Of a stretch of 32,046 nucleotides of DNA, positions 26,901 through 32,046 are shown in pieces. The position numbers and the translations under genes are program-made. How positions within the stretch are numbered: position 1 is the first letter of the stretch; every line of letters starts with the position of its first letter. Source of the DNA: a virus. Taxonomy: Duplodnaviria > Caudoviricetes. The notes under the pieces are model-generated. The model was not told where the DNA came from and did no database searches. It saw only the letters and a program-made list of their open reading frames with translations. The stretch covers positions 1 through 32,046 of the IMG/VR virus record IMGVR_UViG_3300032227_001762. The stretch is one strand, 5' to 3'.

Positions 26901-29247
26901 AAGTATCTTTTACCATAAAAACAACCACACTGTCAGCATGCCAAGTTGAACCCGAGTCATTCATGTCAGTATTAAAAGACACTTTTATCCTATTCCATCC
27001 TCCTCCAGGATTACCCCCTGAAACATCGGTGTCAAAGTACTTAGCTTTAGTATTGAACAAGTTAAATCTTTCAGGATAAGTTAAACTAGTTGTAAACATT
27101 GAGGTTATAGGTTCCGTACTTATCAAAACAGATTGTGGGGCTCTTGCCGTTAGACTTGGGTTTTGTGAATTATATAGACCTCCCCCCACCAAAGACGCAA
27201 AATAAATAGAACGGTCATCACCACATCCCCATTGTCCAACATCGAAGAAATTTGAAAACAATGCTGACACTCCCGCCGACTCTATAACGTCAGTCAAACC
27301 TCCAAGTCCAAGGTCATCAACATTCGCATCCCCTCCAGACTCACCTTCTTTACCGCAATTTGAAACTTCGCATTCATCGTAACAAATCATGGGGAGTTTT
27401 AACGATGAGTTTTTACATCTTTCGTTTAAACTGTTGTATAATTCTTCAAGTGGGTTACATAAATTATCTAATAAATTACATAATGGTCTAAAGGCAAAAC
27501 CTACTATTGGAATATCGGCTAAAGCACAGGCCGCGTCTCTAACACCACAAACAAATAATTTAAGAAGTCCAACTATTTTAGCGATTGCACAAACAACTAA
27601 AAGTAGTAAGTGAGTAAGAAGTACTATTGAAAATAAAATAGGAATAAAAATATTCAGAATTAAAGTGAATAATTGATATAAAAAGTCGTTGTTTTTTTGG
27701 CCGTCATTGGTTGGGAACGTGTTATAGGTCGCTTCACAATTTTCATTCAAAACATCCTTTATACCAATATATTGATACTTTGAAGCATTACTTTTATGTT
27801 CAGTTATTAACTGAGACACGGTATAAACTTTACTGTGTTTCATTTCAAAAAACCTGTCTCTACAACTAATAGCGTCCTGAATCATTTCATATGAGTAAGT
27901 ACCTTCTCCATAGTCATTCCAATCTAAACTAAAGGCGTAAGATGCCTTGGCCATTAGATAATCAGGTGTATTTATAAAATTAATATCAGGTGCTTGACAA
28001 TTAGAAGAAAATAAACCATCTATGAAACTCTGTTCTTGGATTGTTGGGTCTTGTGTATAATCTCCTTGCCAACCCCACTCTTTAATATTTGGAACTAAAA
28101 ATGCACCTCTAATTATTTTACCTGAAAGTGTCGGTGGTTGTTCCCATTTAACTTTAAATCTATATTTTGCCTTTGTTGGTATTCCTATATTTGGGTCATT
28201 TGAAACCAATCTTTCACCTGACTCACTTGTATATACAAAATCTAAATTCATCGGAACATCTGTCATCCATGTTCCATTCTCATCTATACATTTACCTCCG
28301 TTTTCTAAATCAAATCTTTCGAGTACTGGTCTTCCATCTGAATCAACTCCAATGGTTTGTCTTACCGCTAAAATTTCACCAGGACCAGCCACTAAACTAC
28401 AAAAGTTTCCTGTTTTTTTCTTAACTTTACAGTTTCTCTTAACTAAACCCTTTTCTTCATTTGATAATATCGAACCCATAAAAACCGCGGCCGGTTCTAT
28501 TTTTATACCAAATTCTTGTGACAAATCAAAATCAACTCTTGTTATACCTAAATAACAAATTTCGGGTTGACCCCATAATGGTTCAACTTCAATTGTTCTA
28601 TTCGCTTGTTTAATTTGTGGGAGTTCTCCAAGATTGCTTGAAAATTTAAATCTTGAGCCAGAAAGTTGTGATGGTGTTGCTAAATTTAATCTTATTAGGT
28701 CTTGCGGTGCCAATGAAAACTCACCAATATCTGATAAATCAACATCTATATGAATTGTTTGTTCACCAACAGGAACTCCGAATATCATATAGTCACCACT
28801 TTCATTTGTTTTGGCAGTATACTTGTAATACTTATCAAAAACCTCAATCAAGGGTGGTTCTACTAAAACATCCTCTCTTGACGGAAAGGTACCTGTCGGA
28901 GTATGTCCGTCATGTGACGGCTCATAAGGTAATAAATTATATCGATAACCTTCATCATTAAGGTCATTTAGTGTTTTATAAGGATATAATTCAGATATTA
29001 CAGGGTCTAACTCATCTTCAGAACTTAAAGGTATAAAAACAGAAACTTTCACATTTGGTAAACCGAAACCATTGTTTGCAGTTATTCTTCCAACAACAAC
29101 TCCATAATCGGAGCACTGTCTTGTGTAAATTTGACTTTGTAGTATTTTTAGTGATAATATTTCTAAAGATTCAAAGTCTTGTTCCAACAACACGTTAACC
29201 GCCTTATCAACCCCGACTTGAGTTCTTATCCTGTATGAGTTCGCCAT
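23965..29247 (-). CDS. 1760-aa baseplate-associated protein with an N-terminal carboxypeptidase-regulatory-like beta-sandwich and an internal hydrophobic (TM-like) segment
   Basis: GVVVGRI...GLPNVKVSVF...AKTNESGDYMIFGVPVGEQTIH resembles the carboxypeptidase-regulatory-like fold. Hydrophobic stretch LFTLILNIFIPILFSIVLLTHLLLLVVCAIAKIVGLL. Confidence 0.6.
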   Translation of the reverse strand: MANSYRIRTQVGVDKAVNVLLEQDFESLEILSLKILQSQIYTRQCSDYGVVVGRITANNGFGLPNVKVSVFIPLSSEDELDPVISELYPYKTLNDLNDEGYRYNLLPYEPSHDGHTPTGTFPSREDVLVEPPLIEVFDKYYKYTAKTNESGDYMIFGVPVGEQTIHIDVDLSDIGEFSLAPQDLIRLNLATPSQLSGSRFKFSSNLGELPQIKQANRTIEVEPLWGQPEICYLGITRVDFDLSQEFGIKIEPAAVFMGSILSNEEKGLVKRNCKVKKKTGNFCSLVAGPGEILAVRQTIGVDSDGRPVLERFDLENGGKCIDENGTWMTDVPMNLDFVYTSESGERLVSNDPNIGIPTKAKYRFKVKWEQPPTLSGKIIRGAFLVPNIKEWGWQGDYTQDPTIQEQSFIDGLFSSNCQAPDINFINTPDYLMAKASYAFSLDWNDYGEGTYSYEMIQDAISCRDRFFEMKHSKVYTVSQLITEHKSNASKYQYIGIKDVLNENCEATYNTFPTNDGQKNNDFLYQLFTLILNIFIPILFSIVLLTHLLLLVVCAIAKIVGLLKLFVCGVRDAACALADIPIVGFAFRPLCNLLDNLCNPLEELYNSLNERCKNSSLKLPMICYDECEVSNCGKEGESGGDANVDDLGLGGLTDVIESAGVSALFSNFFDVGQWGCGDDRSIYFASLVGGGLYNSQNPSLTARAPQSVLISTEPITSMFTTSLTYPERFNLFNTKAKYFDTDVSGGNPGGGWNRIKVSFNTDMNDSGSTWHADSVVVFMVKDTSGLDFTPGNIFTPVRKSSSQDVNSDLTTLTENNQFGNRATTGTTYGNPITDSGGNILYYQIDNQSVNWSKWDGSGNDTTNYTITGTPQNFMKFPIDIEYFQVIKSTTVGEFLANSVNTSDNAGLRDRILTSDMRGEYFTVNGSVVEVYSSDVRVNTEISCFPNFENQKLIFMVRGVDPYSSRTTCAFDLSRLYGTESDFSTWTTNEEHLVVGEFKLNIPIQNKLRNVRHTIGTNNSLDSYTSNEQYLFFPSYNFLPDSTLYTNFTSSATSLYSKYDAEDVGIYSSSPAILTNNVNGLRIFDSNWFSREFYVNANSSNTTVPFCLSSYPYPPFTNPDQAFNYQGTGRNRGYFYREIVEGTGVMLLDASALQPAFDGGGGWYCNTGTITSYYISERYSPSTTIDFSNNVRIVMRGDRLPTSSNTQDNGDLSFSFMQNQVFTMYPVDDLGYVESNIDDVTLSDESQDSINNVLNNPTISGAGNTLSCDNLIPLRCYQYDEETGAVIIAPENDDCYTNRYIVGDVSFGSGDKVLVNGCYRLVTQPIISLFMDFYLLSEWAARIKLGVAACRGVFGHIFTNNWINGSLFMYPLGNSVRYTGINDDPSGQPYNCVCPQLVFVDLETNNVFYRSSPYKYPDGFIGKANGWVPNSGSLLNPANIKNLQNPTTIMDLGPRTDYTYQLVLNDEYIGYVMNRLGATSFQDVSDLLNQFILSRLVSQSIIGLIIQQYAGVISQSAGQAAGGTEITDPVMRMFSRPREKVDGDYAQMLAINSQVGVLGYDADEYFTPNPDGVPSAPQGYVYSNPSSSFYNVFGIFYNSNTQLRDWLSPHRLVVSENSQTSNVCAYQNIPIFTQEVPFYQWDIRENEGFEIGETPNPDSIFGDQKNDWSTDATVFFSSGYQSMDRLNSDYMQPVDGTIYTYHKGYIYNVDNGVISAQPPQAGGPNRIVTPSGPYYFYFGLLRGKSAYDRFLVKWIKTDVLEF

Positions 29248-29260
29248 GAAAAACCTTTTT

Positions 29261-29268
29261 TATAAATA
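29261..29268 (-). promoter_or_regulatory. TATTTATA motif, candidate late promoter
   Basis: Lies 13 nt upstream of the ATG at 29247. Confidence 0.6.
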
Positions 29269-29321
29269 GTTTATTTGCTATTTTCAAAAAAAGATAGACT
29301 ATTATTCAGATAAATAAATTA

Positions 29322-31160
29322 TCAAGAAAAATTGACAGTAGCTAAGTTTTTAACCCTAACATTAATATCCTTACTCGTAAACCTTATTTGATAAATTTGA
29401 CTAGGTTCTGCAAATATCGTGTCATCCACTAATTCTATTTGTCTTGTTTCTGAATCGGCATATCTTTGAGATGTTTGTGATGAAGAATACTGTCCTCCCA
29501 CTTTGTTGAAAGCTAAAATGTCTGAGATTGACAATACTCCATTTTCACTTTGAATTAGTCTTCTTATTTCGGACACGTTTACATTCTGTCCCATTTGTAT
29601 ATTTGTAGGTTCAAAGTAGTCTGATACTAAATTAATTATAGATGAGATAACCGCACCTTGGTTTTGACTTGAGTCTAAAACAACATCAATTGTTAACGAT
29701 AAATCAATAACATTTGCCGTTTCAACAGATATATAGTCATTAATCATTCTATAATTTGAAAGGTAGTTAGCAACATTACTTTTTAACGTATTCGATACGA
29801 TTTCAGTTAAACTACCTGAATCGTCATATGATAACATTTTAATTCTTATTTTATTGTTATCCTCAGTTATGGCAACTTTTGCAGGTGCTCCAAACTGAGA
29901 CGGCATTGTTCTAATAATAGATTCATAATCGTTTACGGTTACTGCTCTATTTTGTGATGCGAAATTAAACGAAACATAATTACGTACCTCCTCAGTCGTT
30001 GGTGCCGGAGCTCCTCCAATCGCAGCAGTTACGTTTGTACATCTAAGTGAATTCACAACAGTTGTATTTATAGACTCTGATGGTCCGTTAACAAAAAACG
30101 ATACAGTTCCAATTTGTGTAATAACGTTAACTCCCAAATTACTACTTGTACCTCCACCAATCCTATATTGTATGAACAATGTTGAATTGGATTTAAGTGT
30201 ACTACCTAAAGCAAAATTATTTGAGTACTTATATAAATCTAGTTTATATCCATTTCTTGCGAATTCTCTTAATTGCTCGTCGGCCGATTGACTACCCCCT
30301 CCAAAAGTCATTTTTAAAAATCCTTCAGGAGTGTATTCAGTAATGAATTTATCATTGGTTACAACATACTTTCCAACTTTAATACCCGGTCTATCTGAAG
30401 TTTTTGTTGGGTCTTCAACAAATACTCTATCTTCTATCAAGGCTTTAACTTCATACCATCTATTATCAGTACTGATAAATTCTTGCGGAGATGGGACATT
30501 GGCATATTGAGTTCCGTCTTTTAATATAACACTAGTAACACCTAACACATTTTTTTCAGGTAAGAAAAGTTCAAAAAATGGTTTAACGTCATTGGGTGTC
30601 ACAACTTTCTTGTATACTTTAGTAATACCGTTAACTACGGTCTCTCTTTTTACTATTGTATAGTTAACTAATCTATTATTAGAATCAAATACAGGTATTT
30701 TTAACCTATTTGGAAATCCATCTCCACTTGTTGGTGATGCAAAATCAATGTCATAAACCGTTTCAAATACCTGACCCGCCCCATTGACTTGAGCTCCTCT
30801 TCTTAATATACCACAATATCTCAAATCTTCTTTGTCCCCAAAAGCCGGTACCGTTATTGAAAAATCGACAAGGGCCACAGAGGGTCTTTGTCCGGGAATT
30901 TTTAGTCCATAGGTTCTAGCTATGTTATATATCGATGACCTTTGTTGTGCATATTGAAGTACAGTTTCTTGTATACTTCTATCAATATTAAATTGTAAGT
31001 TATCGGTTACCGCAGCATTTAAATCTAACAACGCAGAAAAAACTGAAGCGTCGTTAAAATTACTAACCAAATCAGGATAATACGTCTGTGTAAAATTAAT
31101 TAATTCAGTACGTATGGATTGAAAATCTCTTGTGGTATACGATATCTTTTTATTTGCCAT
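29322..31160 (-). CDS. Baseplate wedge subunit (T4 gp6 / baseplate J-like)
   Basis: Motifs YTTRDFQSIRTEL...YPDLVSNFNDAS...NIARTYG, YRIGGG..SN and QNRAVTVNDYE. Adjacent to the gp25-like gene. Confidence 0.85.
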   Translation of the reverse strand: MANKKISYTTRDFQSIRTELINFTQTYYPDLVSNFNDASVFSALLDLNAAVTDNLQFNIDRSIQETVLQYAQQRSSIYNIARTYGLKIPGQRPSVALVDFSITVPAFGDKEDLRYCGILRRGAQVNGAGQVFETVYDIDFASPTSGDGFPNRLKIPVFDSNNRLVNYTIVKRETVVNGITKVYKKVVTPNDVKPFFELFLPEKNVLGVTSVILKDGTQYANVPSPQEFISTDNRWYEVKALIEDRVFVEDPTKTSDRPGIKVGKYVVTNDKFITEYTPEGFLKMTFGGGSQSADEQLREFARNGYKLDLYKYSNNFALGSTLKSNSTLFIQYRIGGGTSSNLGVNVITQIGTVSFFVNGPSESINTTVVNSLRCTNVTAAIGGAPAPTTEEVRNYVSFNFASQNRAVTVNDYESIIRTMPSQFGAPAKVAITEDNNKIRIKMLSYDDSGSLTEIVSNTLKSNVANYLSNYRMINDYISVETANVIDLSLTIDVVLDSSQNQGAVISSIINLVSDYFEPTNIQMGQNVNVSEIRRLIQSENGVLSISDILAFNKVGGQYSSSQTSQRYADSETRQIELVDDTIFAEPSQIYQIRFTSKDINVRVKNLATVNFS

Positions 31161-31165
31161 TTTGT

Positions 31166-31612
31166 TTAAATATTAATGATAACGAAATCACTTGAATTGA
31201 AAACGTCATTATTGATTTTGTAGTCTATTTTTATCTTAGCAGTATGTTCTAATGTTCCAATACCGGAAACTCTGAAGACTCTTTCATCGTTATCTGTGAC
31301 GTATGAACCCTTATCTTCATCTCCTTCAGAGGCCGGTTTTATATCAATTTTAGTTATAGTAATACCAGGTATATATTCTTCAACAGTATCTCTTATTTCC
31401 GCCTCAATATCGGAAAAGGTAGGGCCGTCCAAAGGTTCAAAAATATATTCATATAATCTAGTCCCAAAATCAGGTAAAAAATATCTTGTACCTTTTCTAG
31501 TCAGTAATAAATGAACTAAATCGGTTCTTATCTCTTCATCGTTAGTTGTTGATAAATCAAAATAAGTTCCGTTGAACGAATCTCTGAATGGAAAATTTAT
31601 ACCGTATGTCAT
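31166..31612 (-). CDS. Baseplate wedge protein, T4 gp25 / P2 gpW-like
   Basis: IRTDLVHLLLTRKGTRYFLPDFGTRLYEYIFEP is the gp25 family signature. Confidence 0.88.
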   Translation of the reverse strand: MTYGINFPFRDSFNGTYFDLSTTNDEEIRTDLVHLLLTRKGTRYFLPDFGTRLYEYIFEPLDGPTFSDIEAEIRDTVEEYIPGITITKIDIKPASEGDEDKGSYVTDNDERVFRVSGIGTLEHTAKIKIDYKINNDVFNSSDFVIINI

Positions 31613-31628
31613 TATATCTACGTTTTAT

Positions 31629-31636
31629 TATAAATA
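31629..31636 (-). promoter_or_regulatory. TATTTATA motif, candidate late promoter
   Basis: Lies 16 nt upstream of the ATG at 31612, immediately after the TAG of the upstream gene. Confidence 0.6.
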
Positions 31637-32044
31637 CTATTTAATCTCATTTATATTATAATAAAAACAGTCCCCGTTATCCGCCACCCATCTATCAGAT
31701 AAAGTTTCAACCGATGGTAAATCGTTATCAACTTTAATTTCTTTTGTTTCTATCGGGAATTTATTTGTAACCCAATTAGAGTCTTTCCAATAAATTCTAT
31801 TATTTGGTTGACATAATAGATATCCATCATCCGCTATTAAAATATGACCACACTTATAATCTGAGGGTTCATCAGAATATGGGTTTCTATACCAATCGAC
31901 AGTCATTAAGTATGTTGCCCAAATTTTTGACCCATCTCTTAGTACAACCTGACATCTTTTTTCATATAAATAATCATACGTGGTCACAGTAACATTCTCA
32001 GAAAAACAATCCCAAAGTTGTTTAAAATGAAATGGTATATCATT
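31637..32044 (-). CDS. 5'-truncated phage hypothetical protein (WDCFS...TVDW...KCGH...QPNNR motifs)
   Basis: The frame stays open to the window edge (NDIPFHFKQLWDCFSENVTVTTYD...), so the GTG at 31987 is internal. The motifs resemble an uncharacterised family I recall from aquatic phages. Confidence 0.65.
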   Translation of the reverse strand, partial: NDIPFHFKQLWDCFSENVTVTTYDYLYEKRCQVVLRDGSKIWATYLMTVDWYRNPYSDEPSDYKCGHILIADDGYLLCQPNNRIYWKDSNWVTNKFPIETKEIKVDNDLPSVETLSDRWVADNGDCFYYNINEIK

Positions 32045-32046
32045 AA

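Noticed and set aside
29322-31612. Bacterial T6SS, eCIS or tailocin locus
   Set aside because: There are no Tss or Afp accessory genes and no bacterial housekeeping genes. The resolvase, HNH and late-promoter-like motifs fit a lytic phage better.
431-31992. Numerous short ORFs (60-122 aa) antisense to or nested within long genes
   Set aside because: They are shadow ORFs fully overlapping well-supported CDSs, with no recognisable motifs.
1-32046. Stop-codon reassignment as seen in some large phages
   Set aside because: The standard code already gives long, tightly packed ORFs. TAA, TGA and TAG all occur at sensible gene ends.

Overview
This is an AT-rich, densely coding segment of what appears to be a large (jumbo-type) contractile-tailed bacteriophage, read in the standard genetic code. 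The minus strand carries a long baseplate/tail module: a gp25-like wedge, a gp6/J-like wedge, a 1760-aa protein with a hydrophobic segment, several hypothetical structural proteins, a P2 gpI-like wedge protein, two SprB-repeat proteins and a tail-collar-like protein. The module ends in a free-standing HNH endonuclease and a RuvC-like resolvase. It converges, at a hairpin terminator, with two plus-strand mosaic proteins whose domains are separated by Pro/Thr/Gln mucin-like linkers. One joins a metzincin protease to half of a GH128-like glucanase; the other carries a Cys module, two propeller-like domains and LRRs. Every co-directional intergenic gap of 20 nt or more contains sense-strand TATTTATA, a candidate late promoter. 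The domain content (SprB repeats, a reprolysin-like protease) and the absence of Shine-Dalgarno motifs suggest a Bacteroidota host, which is an inference. The most interesting signal is a shared set of modules reused across several putative virion appendage proteins. All family assignments come from motif recognition by eye, not from database searches.
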